Positions 11,353 through 22,000 of a DNA stretch of 39,015 bases are shown piece after piece; positions within the stretch are counted from its first letter, which is position 1, and the number at the start of each line of letters is the position of its first letter. The translations under genes were made by a program, and so were the position numbers. This stretch comes from Stramenopiles sp. TOSAG23-2 (taxonomy: Eukaryota), in assembly GCA_900128395.1 (NCBI GenBank), contig LT649314.1, forward strand, positions 1-39,015, given 5' to 3'. The notes beneath the pieces are model-generated. The model had not been told where the DNA came from, ran no database searches, and was given only the letters and a program-made list of their open reading frames with translations.

Positions 11353-11909
11353 AAGGAATATACTTTTTTTTTGCTTTAAGAAAAATATTTCCACGTATAA
11401 TTGCATGTGCGAGATAAAAAAAATTAAATGTTTAAATAAAAGTTGTATATTTTATGATACACCAAGTCCTCGCGGTAAACCGCTGGAATATACGAGGTAC
11501 AAAACCTCCTTAAAATTTTCACTCTCGTCATTTTTCTCCCTTATGGTACACTATTTTATTTTTCACGGGTTGAAGTGCTGAAAATTATTTTCTTCCGTCA
11601 TCACCCATTATTATATGAGTCATTTATTTATATTAATAATATGGACACAGCATTGGAAATAAAAATGAAAAACAACATATCCACATTTATTTCATCATTT
11701 ATTCAAGAAGAGATTTGCCAGTTTGCATCATAAAATACCTACCACACAAATAATTAAGAGACATACTATATTCATCATTATAGAATTGTATTTAACAAGA
11801 GATCGTACCATATATCATAATAGTCTATATAATATAATCGCCAGTAATACATAAAATATAAAAGTGCGTGTGTGTGTGTGCGTGCGTGTATTTATATATC
11901 AATATAAAG

Positions 11910-13778
11910 ATGATGCTTCTAATTCTTGCTTCTGTATTTATTATCCTTGCATTAATATTTATTTATGTTTTTACAAATAAAGGCAACGTATCAAATTTAC
12001 CAGCAACAGCAAAATTGCCACCCGTCGTCACAACACATATTCCATTAGTCGGTGGGATTGTATCATTTCTACAAGATCCGTTGGGTACAGTAGCTAATGC
12101 AAAAAAAAGATATGGAAATGTTTTTACGATTAATATGTTTCACATTCGTTCTACTTTTTTAATAGGTAGCGAGGCACATAAAGCTTTTTTTGAAGCAATG
12201 GATGATGAACTTGACCAAGCTCCTTGCTATCGTTTTATGATACCAGTATTTGGCAAAGGAGTTGTTTACGATGCACCGTTAAGAAAAAGAAGACAACAAA
12301 TGCGCTTTTTAGGCGGTTCATTAAGACCAACGGAATTGAAGCGTTATCCAGGAATTATTGCCAAGGAAGCATATGATTTTTTCAAGAAATTTTGTATAAA
12401 ATCTGAACAAGCAAATGGTGGTAGAACAATTGATTTGTTGCCGACGATGGCAGATTTAACAATATTAACAGCAAGTGCAACGTTACATGGCCCAGAAGTA
12501 CGGAAGCATTTATATAAAGATGTATCACGTCTATTTGCTGAATTAGATAAAGGTATTTCACCACTATCTATATTATTTCCATATGCGCCAACACCGGCAC
12601 ACAGGGGAAGAGATAAGGCACACAAAGGTATGATTGAGCTTTTTTCCAAAGTTATACGAGAGCGACGTGCAAAGCAGGCAACGGAAGGGAAGAAAGCAAA
12701 AAAAGGGGTTGATATGTTGCAAAAATTAATGGATTCAACCTATAAGGATGGAACTCCAGTACCAGAACATGAAATAGCCGGACTTTTAATTTCAGCATTG
12801 TTTGCTGGACAACACACGTCCTCTATCACGTTGACGTGGACGTTATTGTTTTTATTAAATGATAAAAAAAAAGGTGGTAAATGGCTGGAGAAAATTTTAA
12901 CTGAATTAAAAGAAGTAGAAGCTGTACCTGGTAATTTTGCCAAAGGAATCGTAACACATGAAGAAGTGTTTAAAATGGATATTTTACATGCATGTATTAA
13001 AGAAGCGTTGCGTTTATTTCCACCACTAATATTTTTAATGAGACGAGTAGTTAACAAGCCATTGAATGTGTGTGGTTATACCGTACCTGTTGGTTACAAT
13101 GTATGGGTATCAAATGCTGTTGCCCAACGTTTACCTGAAGTCTTTGAAAATCCAGATGTATACGATCCATCAAGATGGTTATCATTTGATATTCGTAAAT
13201 TGCCACCATATTCCTTCATAGGTTTTGGTGCAGGGATACATACTTGTATGGGAGAATCATTTGCATTTATGCAGTTGCGAACGATATTAACAGTAGTTTT
13301 ATCAATGTTTGATTTAGAAATGATGGGTAAATTGCCACCTGCCAGTTATGAAGCTATGGTTGTAATGCCAGAAGGACCAAATATGATTAAATTTGTACCT
13401 AAAGAAGATGATAAAAATAACAACAGTAAAAATACTGGGAGTCAAAATGACCAAAGCAATGAGGATGAAAGCGAGAAAATAGTAAAAGGACCATCTTTTA
13501 CAAAAAAGGAAACGGACATTGGTGCAAGAACTATGAATGAAGAAATATCAAAAACGTATTCTCTAGATGAAATTGCGAAACATAATAATCGTGATGATTT
13601 ATGGATTATTGTTAAAGGAAAAGTGTATGATGTAACTACCTACTTACCCGTACATCAAGGTGGAGATGCTATATTAAAATGGGCTGGTAAAGATGCTACA
13701 AAAGGTGTTTATGGACCACAACATCCTACGACAGTGCCAAAATTGTTAGAGAGATATTATATTGGTGATGTAATGTAA
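11910..13778 (+). CDS. CYP51: Sterol 14-alpha-demethylase CYP51 fused to a C-terminal cytochrome b5 heme domain (622 aa)
   Basis: N-terminal TM anchor; YRFMIPVFGKGVVYD (SRS1); ALFAGQHTSS (I helix); EALR; FGAGIHTCMG (heme Cys codon 13245); then an acidic linker and the b5 domain YSLDEIAKHN...WIIVKGKVYDVT...HQGG...AGKDAT...H. The first ATG is at 11910 (the ORF track starts at an upstream GTG). Confidence 0.95.
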   Translation: MMLLILASVFIILALIFIYVFTNKGNVSNLPATAKLPPVVTTHIPLVGGIVSFLQDPLGTVANAKKRYGNVFTINMFHIRSTFLIGSEAHKAFFEAMDDELDQAPCYRFMIPVFGKGVVYDAPLRKRRQQMRFLGGSLRPTELKRYPGIIAKEAYDFFKKFCIKSEQANGGRTIDLLPTMADLTILTASATLHGPEVRKHLYKDVSRLFAELDKGISPLSILFPYAPTPAHRGRDKAHKGMIELFSKVIRERRAKQATEGKKAKKGVDMLQKLMDSTYKDGTPVPEHEIAGLLISALFAGQHTSSITLTWTLLFLLNDKKKGGKWLEKILTELKEVEAVPGNFAKGIVTHEEVFKMDILHACIKEALRLFPPLIFLMRRVVNKPLNVCGYTVPVGYNVWVSNAVAQRLPEVFENPDVYDPSRWLSFDIRKLPPYSFIGFGAGIHTCMGESFAFMQLRTILTVVLSMFDLEMMGKLPPASYEAMVVMPEGPNMIKFVPKEDDKNNNSKNTGSQNDQSNEDESEKIVKGPSFTKKETDIGARTMNEEISKTYSLDEIAKHNNRDDLWIIVKGKVYDVTTYLPVHQGGDAILKWAGKDATKGVYGPQHPTTVPKLLERYYIGDVM

Positions 13779-14424
13779 TTTTGTGATATACAATCATATA
13801 CGATTATGAGAATAATCGTGTAAAATGATATATATATACCGAGTTCGTATATATGTATTATCTGCACATTTAAAGAGAGAATGATGTGTATGATGTGTGT
13901 CTAGATACAATTTTAATAATTTCGAAAATATTTTAGTTAAAAATGCAACTAAAATTCAAAATGTTTTTATATATAAAATGTTCTCTTACTCATATATATA
14001 TATATACGTGTAATTCTTTCTGGAGAGTAGGAATTATCATGAGTAAATTAAAAAATAAGTTACGATATGTACATTAATTTTACCAGCATACTATGTACAT
14101 ACGCGTACACAAAATCTATAAACATTTTACGACGTCGTAGTTTTTTTGTACGTAAATTTTTATTATATTATAATGAAATTAAAGCACATATCATATTAGC
14201 ATTTTTTCTTACGAATATATTTTTGTATATTAAATTAATTAAATTACTCTGCCCCTGACTTTCACACCATATACTTTTTCTCTCTCTCGTTTCTACTAAA
14301 AAGTACGTATTGTGTTACAACAACTTTCCCCTTTTTATTATTTTTTCTCTCTTTTGTCTCTACTACTTTTCTATCTTATATTTTGTGATACCTAAAAAAT
14401 ATTAAATATATTATTTCGATCCAT

Positions 14425-14575
14425 TTGTTTTTTTCTCTCCTTTTTTTCACTTTCCACTACTTATTATTTTCTTGTTCTCTCCTCCTATTTTCTCTCTCTC
14501 TCTCTCTCTCTCTTTTTATTATTCTTTTCGCTCCCCTTTTCTTTTCTATTTCCCTCTCTCTCTCTCTCTCTCTCT
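14425..14575 (+). repeat. Polypyrimidine tract with (CT)n microsatellites
   Basis: Runs of ctctctct in the region between two convergent genes. Confidence 0.8.
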
Positions 14576-14739
14576 TATATATTGGCAATAAATCATTATA
14601 TACAATACGTAAAATTTTTTCATAAAATCTTGATCGTACCTTTTCATTATCACCGATTGCAATATATATATTTCAAACATATATATCTAGACATGCATAC
14701 AACTTTACTTCGATTGACATCGCTAGGATTGCTTTTCAA

Positions 14740-16377
14740 TCATAGATAACCAACCAATTCTATGTTGAAACCTGAATCATTTGCAGCATTTTCATCTGGA
14801 AGATTAAGCTGTTGTGATAACATATTCACATCTTCATCCACTTGATGTATGGGACTAGACGAATTTTCATCTCTTTCATTTTCATTACGAAATACGGAAG
14901 AAATGTTATCACCAATATCAAGATTAGCATCTACTTCGATTGCAAAATCATTATCAGTTAAACTCATTTGTGAAATCTCTGAGGTTGGCGCATCAATATA
15001 AGCAGCTTCATCTTGCCCCAATCCATCCGCTTCATAATCGAGTTCATCTTCGTTTTCATCAGCGTTGTTATGATTTTCATCTTGTTGAAAATCATCTTCG
15101 TTTTCATTAGCGTTGTTATGATTTGCATCTGGTTGATAACCGGTAAAAATTGATATACGAGTGCCATCCGCACAAAGCTGTTCTTGATTCCTAAGAAAAG
15201 CACCAGTTTGCATACGAGACCTGCGATCTAATGGCTTTGTAAGGCTTTCGCTATGTATAGCAACGTTCTTTTTACGTTCTGGCGTTTCAAATGTTAATTG
15301 CTTTTTCGCTACATCATCATCATTATGATTTACATTTCCACTCCTCGATGTTAAAACATTTCGACCAGTTCTTGATTTTTTAAGACTACTACCGGCACGA
15401 CTACTACTAATGTCATCAGAAGTATTATCGGCAACAACACGCGTACTGCTTTTTGAAGATTTACTACGGCTGGATTTTTTCTTCTTTTTGTTTTTTCGTT
15501 TACGTTTTTTTGATCCATTGTTGTTACTTTTGCCAGTAGTATTAGAACTACGACCTCTAATGGTTTTTTTCCTTGACAACGAGGTATCACTTTCATCGCC
15601 ACTACTGCTATCCCTTTCGAAAATATTTTCAGAAGGTACACAATTTACCGGAACAAGTTGCGTAAATTCTTCACGTTCCCAATAATTATTTTTTCCAATT
15701 ACACGAGCTGCAACTTTAAACCACATAAATGAATTGGAAAGATGCCCATTTACGTATTCCTCGCATTTAATAGGCATAGTTTTACTTTCATCCTCTTTTT
15801 CGCATATCGAAACTTTTAGTTTCACAGGAAATGTCATACTACCAACGTAGTGTGTATCAGTTTCTTGTAAGAATTTCACGGCTGGTGGCTGAGGTAGCGG
15901 CTTGTTTTTTTTCACTTCAAAGTCAAACAACTTAAATTTATGTTTTTTCAGTACAAGGAATTGCCCATCTTTTTCCACTAAACGCTTTGGAAATTGAACA
16001 GGGTATGATTGCCCCACGCGTATGGTCAATGCTTGATCCTCAGCTGTAACAATACGTCTTCCGTTGACTTGTTCATCTTTCATATTGTTTTCACCAACAA
16101 AGAATATATTATTCAAATGCAATATCATTGGGGTAGAAATGATCAACGGTGAAAAGTTGGAATTAATTTTGCCAGTTTTTGGATCACAGCGTAGAATAGT
16201 CATACAATCGAAATCTGTATTAGGATTATTATTTGCATAATTTAAGTTTCTTTGTTGAATAAAACTTCTTGGTGAAGAACGTCTTGCTGCTTCAGATGAC
16301 ATATTGTAATCTTGTATGTTTACACTATTGGTGTGGTTAACATTGATTCTTAACGGTGGAGAAGCATGACTTGACAT
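14740..16377 (-). CDS. Hypothetical protein (N-terminal folded region, basic NLS-like patch, acidic disordered tail)
   Basis: 545-aa ATG-initiated ORF; KKRKRKNKKKKK patch; no family recognised. Confidence 0.7.
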   Translation of the reverse strand: MSSHASPPLRINVNHTNSVNIQDYNMSSEAARRSSPRSFIQQRNLNYANNNPNTDFDCMTILRCDPKTGKINSNFSPLIISTPMILHLNNIFFVGENNMKDEQVNGRRIVTAEDQALTIRVGQSYPVQFPKRLVEKDGQFLVLKKHKFKLFDFEVKKNKPLPQPPAVKFLQETDTHYVGSMTFPVKLKVSICEKEDESKTMPIKCEEYVNGHLSNSFMWFKVAARVIGKNNYWEREEFTQLVPVNCVPSENIFERDSSSGDESDTSLSRKKTIRGRSSNTTGKSNNNGSKKRKRKNKKKKKSSRSKSSKSSTRVVADNTSDDISSSRAGSSLKKSRTGRNVLTSRSGNVNHNDDDVAKKQLTFETPERKKNVAIHSESLTKPLDRRSRMQTGAFLRNQEQLCADGTRISIFTGYQPDANHNNANENEDDFQQDENHNNADENEDELDYEADGLGQDEAAYIDAPTSEISQMSLTDNDFAIEVDANLDIGDNISSVFRNENERDENSSSPIHQVDEDVNMLSQQLNLPDENAANDSGFNIELVGYL

Positions 16378-17088
16378 TGTAAACTTTCCTCTTTTCCTTT
16401 TCTTTCTTAAATTCTTGTGGTTTGCTTCACGTCTAATATTATTTTGTTTGGTTTCAAATATATATATATATATTAATATATATCTATTATATCTATGTGT
16501 GTTATATGTATTGACTCTTGTTTGTCGATAGTATATATAGTATATTTGTCAAATTACACCTGTATTTCCATTGTATTTCCATTGTAAATAAGACCTCTTA
16601 CACAATAGCTAAGTTTGCCTCTATTTATTATATAATCTTTTGGAAATATTATTGTAATCTTATTTGTATATTAAAAATATCCGAAAACCAGGGGATCTCT
16701 TTTTGTTGGTATGGTATTATATTGGATTTCCCATAATATATAAATATCATTTTTTTTACCAGTTTCAAGACTTTTTGTTTTATCTATCAAAGTGCAAAAA
16801 TATGAACTGTTTTTCCTTTTCATGGTTTTTATATTCAGTAAAAAATGTAAATTCGAGCTTCACAAAAATTCTTCAGATTCAGCAGTGTCGTCATTTTTCA
16901 CACAACACAAACACAACAAATATAGCCACAAAATTACCCAATTATCTATAATATCTTCATATAGTCAATACAGATCAACTGTGATAAATACACATCAATT
17001 AGAAGTTTACATTCAAATATAATCGTGTATACAATATACTAAGGAAATTCACAAATACAATATACATAGTTACATCAGATAAACAATC

Positions 17089-18612
17089 ATGAAAATTATT
17101 CTAGTATTTGCCATTCTTGCAACTATTGCATCATTTGCTGCATCTGCAACAGTTTATGATATTATATCAACTCACCCACGCTTAAAAACATTAACTACTG
17201 CATTAAAAGCAGCGAAGCTTGATACTGTATTACAAGGTGCAGGTCCATTTACCGTCTTTGCACCAGTTGATGAAGCCTTTGTTACTGGCAATATGCAATC
17301 TTATAAAGTAAAATTTTTATTAGATCCAAATAATATGGAGAATTTAAAAAGTTTATTGACATATCATGTTGTACCAGGAACAAAAACAACGGGTGAATTC
17401 ACAAACGACGAAGTTTTGAAAACAGTTGAAGGAGAAAATTTGTTTGTAGAAAAGAACGCAACGTCCTTGATTATACATGATATTACATGTGCAAAAGCTG
17501 AAGTATTAGATAAAGATCTAAGTGCTACAAATGGTGTTGTACAAATTGTGTCGGAAACATTTATTCCAGAAGGGGTTTTTTGCCCAGATGTTATTTTCGC
17601 AGCAGAGCAAAGGCAACAAGCTAGAATTTCATATTATGGATATGATTGCAGAAAAAAAGGATCGAAACATTTAACAGATCAAGAAGCAACAAAACCAGTT
17701 GGATTAACAGTAGATCAAAAGACACAACAAGTGTTTTGGAGCAATGATCAAGATTATCCACATGGTGCAGCAACATCATGGTTAAGTAAATCAACGTTTG
17801 GTGGAACAATGGATTCACATTTTGTTAAAAATATCATTGATCCACAAGGAATGTAGGTAAACACGTCTTATATATCTGTATATCTATATCTATATTCCTT
17901 CTATATATTTAAATAAAAATGATTTTATATTCATATAATATTATCTTTTTGTACTAACATAATATATATATGATATATTAATTTTTATGTGTAAATAAAT
18001 AATAAAATATACAGGGACGTTGAAGAAAGTGAACAAAAATTATATTTTACTCAACATTATGGGAATACCGTCAATAAATGTAATTACGATGGATCTAAAA
18101 TTGAAACTATTGTATCCAAACCTGGTAATGTTTCATTTCAACCAAGTGATGTTGCTGTTGATTCCAATGCAAAACGTATCTTTGTATCAGTTGAAGGGGA
18201 TGAAGACATATATGGTGCATTGTTTTCATACAAATTGGATGGTACGGATGAAAAAGTATTGAAAACAAATTTAAATCGTCCATATGGATTATGCGTTGAT
18301 GATGTGAAATCACATTTGTATTACATTCAAGGTGGTCATGGTGGTAGTATCTCCTGTTTAGCATATGGTGAAATGCCATGTGCACGAGAGGTATTTGCTG
18401 ATATTTTAGAATATCCATACATGTGTGCAGTTGATAATTCATTTTCGAAATATGGTGGCCCAACCACATTAGTATTTTCACAAGCGAATTTGCCAGGACA
18501 AATATATTATATTAGTGATTTACCAAATAGTACAAAAACTAAATTAAATGTGGTTACTGATGATTTAGAAGCACCAATGGGTGTTGAATTTGGTTGCATC
18601 GGTAAAAATTAA
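17089..18612 (+). CDS. Secreted fasciclin (FAS1) plus YWTD-like six-bladed beta-propeller protein; join(17089..17852,18015..18612), 453 aa
   Basis: Signal peptide; GPFTVFAPVDEAF, LLTYHVV and ATNGVVQIV (FAS1); blades PVGLTVD..VFWS, PQGMDVE..LYFT, PSDVAVD..IFVS, PYGLCVD..LYYI. Splicing restores one frame (1362 nt). Confidence 0.85.
17853..18014 (+). other. Spliceosomal intron, 162 nt
   Basis: GTAGGT donor, TACTAAC branch point near 17952, ACAG acceptor; the join AT|G GAC keeps the frame. Confidence 0.85.
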
Positions 18613-19067
18613 AACTAAAAAAATGATGTGAACGGAATGTGTTATGTGTTGTTCATAGTCGTCTGAAAAGCTGAAAAGGGGCAATGTTATTACCTTAATT
18701 TTAATTTATAATATTAATAGGCAAATTTAAGTACAGATAAATTATACTAAGAAAAATAAGCGTAACCAACCCCCACCTCACATTTTCGCACAACATCATC
18801 GAAGAATCTAATTTTTTTACCACGCTTGAATGATAATATAAATACCTGGTATTTCCATAGTGGATGTTAAAAAATATAATAATATGATATACAGTCTGTA
18901 TTTATTTCATATATCGATATACATTTATACTACAACAGTAATATACTAGGTTATAGAGATATATCGTAAATATATATCATCTTTATTTTCCAAATACCAT
19001 CAAATATTTATTATTTATTTATACATAAAAGTAAATACAATACTTATATAAAAAATTTGGAACAAAG

Positions 19068-22000
19068 ATGGATAATCCTACCGCAATTTTGGAAATGATA
19101 CGACAACGTCGTAGAAATACAGAAAGTGAAATTGATTTGTTAAGAGTTGATATTAAAAGCTTGGATGCAGCTTTTGTTAATTTACGTAGCCAGCCACCTC
19201 CCAGACCATCTGTTCCAGCAGATAAGATTGACTCGGATATCGCAAGGTTGGAACATAGGCGAAATACTGAATCGATGAGTTTACCAGCTGAAAAAAAAAT
19301 ATTGAAAGAGATTGAAAAAATTAGATCCATGAGACGAGCACATGAGGTGATGAAATCATATAATAAAAAAATGGATGACTTAAGAGCAAGGAAAGATACT
19401 AATTACGACCGGCTTCGTACGTTGAGAGATGCGCTTGATGAGTTGAAGAAGGCAGAAGCAAAATTGATCGTATGCGAAAGATTAGGAGGGGTTGTTCAAC
19501 CATCCGAGCTGGTTGAAGATTCAATATCGCTGGAGAACAATACGGATAAAATCGGACCAATCGTTGGTAAAGGTGGTGGAACATTGAGGCAAAAAGAGTC
19601 GGAATATGGTGTATCAATCGATATTGATCGAAAACAAAATGCAATTAATTTACTAGGTACGGAAGAAGGTGTGGCAAAAGTAAAGGTGTGGATCAATAAT
19701 ATTTTTGCTGCCGAGGAGCATGATATTAAAATCACAGAGGATCTGTTGCGTTTATTGATTGTAAGAAAAGGGGAACGTATGAAAGAAATACAATCTGAAT
19801 ACGGTGTACGAGTGGATTTAATTCGCGATGAATTAAAAATAAGAGTAAGAGGAGTTGTTAAATCGATCAACAAGGTGAAAGGATATATTGCAAATTTAAA
19901 AGACATGACCATTGCTGTACCAGTTGCATCTCAACTTTTACCAAAGTTAGTTGGCAAGAAAGGAGTTGCATTGAAAGCATTTGAGGAAGAATTCAAAGTA
20001 GACGTTCAAGTAGATCGTGAAAATGAAGTTTTTAAATTAAGTGGTGATAACGATGCGTTGGAAAATGCAAAGGCAGGGCTTGAAAAATTAATTGAAACAT
20101 ATACGGAACACGAGAAAGTATACGAGTTGGAAGCTGGTATGACGCCAGCAATTATTGGAAAAGGTGGTGCAAATATTCAAAAAATTCAAAATGAATCTGG
20201 TACGTACGTCAATGTTATCAGGGCAAAGGATCGTGAGGATGGTGTAGATTCAGATTCAATAGTAGTACGTGGAACGAACGAGGCATTGGCTAAAGTGGAT
20301 GTATTAATCAATGAATTTTTAGTTTTGTTTAAAAAAGAAAATCAAGTTATTACCTTTCCACCATCTTTAACGTCGTTAATTGTTGGAAAAAAAGGTGCAA
20401 CAGTTACGAAAATACAAAAAGAAAATGAAGTTAATATTGATGTGAAACGCGATGAAGGTGAAATCCGTATTCGTGGTACGGAAGAAAATGTTGTAAATGC
20501 AATCGCCGCTTTAAAAGCAATTTTAGATAGTTACGAAAGCATTACCATGACTGGTACTTCTGATGAGTTGGGTTCTATCATAGGCAAAGCTGGTGTGAAT
20601 GTGAAGAAATTAACGGAAGAATCCGGGGCTAATATTAAAGTAAATCGAGAGAAAGGTACTATTATCATTTCTGGAGAAAAAGACAAAGTGGAAAAGGCTA
20701 AAACAGATATCACGGTTCTTTTAGAAAAGTACAAAAAAGAAAATATGCAAATAAACGTCAACGCTGATTTTATTCCTGCGTTGATTGGAAAAGGTGGTGA
20801 AAATATTAAAAAACTACGTAAAGAACTTGGCCTTTCAATTGATCTTGGAGCAAAAGGGTCTGGTGCTATTACATTGCGTGGCGAGGAAGAGTTAATCATT
20901 AAAGCGAAAGAGACGCTTTTAAATTTAGCTGCTAAGTATGAAAAAGAAAATGTTATCGTACGGATAAGACCAGATGCATATAGTGCACTGATTGGCAAGT
21001 CTGGTGCAACGATACAAAGTATACAGAAAGAAACAAATACACAGATTGATGTGCGTAGGGAAAAAAATGAAGTCCGTGTACGTGGTGACAATGAGGAAAA
21101 TGTAAAAGCAGCAGTGGAACGTGTAACAGAAATTGCAGGGGAAAGTGATGATGTTATATCCGTAGATGTTGCATTGCCAGAAAATACAAATGCAATTGCA
21201 GTCGTAGTAGGTAAAAAAGGAGCTAGCGCTATGCGTTTACAAAATGAATTTCATGTTTCATTAAATATCATACGCGATGAGAATAAAGTTGTTTTAAGAG
21301 GTATGAAAGATGATGTGGAAAGGGCTAAAACAGAAGTTGAAAAGATTGTACGTGAACAAGTTCGAATTACGAAGGAATTAATTATACCAGAAACAGCTGT
21401 GGCAGAAATCATTGGTAAAAGTGGTGCTAATATTAAACAATTAACGTCATCGACAGGTGCATTTATTGATGTGCTTCGCCCAGATGATGAGCGAAATACA
21501 TCGAAAAACAATGAACATATCGTCCGTATACGTGGTACGACGGATGCCGTTGATAAAGCATTTGTAGCAATTCAAGCAATTGCTGGTGTAATGGAAGATG
21601 ATCAAATGATTGTTGCACCACATCACATGGAGCTGTTAAAGAAACAGGAAAAGTTAAAGTTACAGCGTATACAAAATAGTATGGATGTGGAGATTGCATT
21701 AGATGTTGAATCTGGTACTGTACATTTCACTGCTAAGGATAAAGATACACACACTCGTGCAAGAGCTGAAGTGAAGGCTTTATTGCAATTTTTCTTTCCA
21801 AAAGAGTTTTCCCGCGTGGTATTGAAACCGGAAGTTTTTGCTGCAACATTTCCAAAAGGTGAGACTGGTGCAAAATTATCCGAATTAGCAGAAGATTCCA
21901 ATGGCGCAATGTTTGAATTAGATCGCAACCAATGCGTAGTTCATGTTATGGGCGACGAGACGCAAGTTGAATTAGGTTTAGTAAAACTAAAAGCGTTGGA

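Noticed and set aside
8227-13778. Glycerol kinase, ankyrin and CYP51 as a metabolic gene cluster
   Set aside because: There is no shared pathway; the neighbours are unrelated housekeeping genes.
17854-17856. TAG at the end of the fasciclin ORF as stop-codon reassignment
   Set aside because: It lies inside the intron donor (GTAGGT), and splicing explains the continuation.
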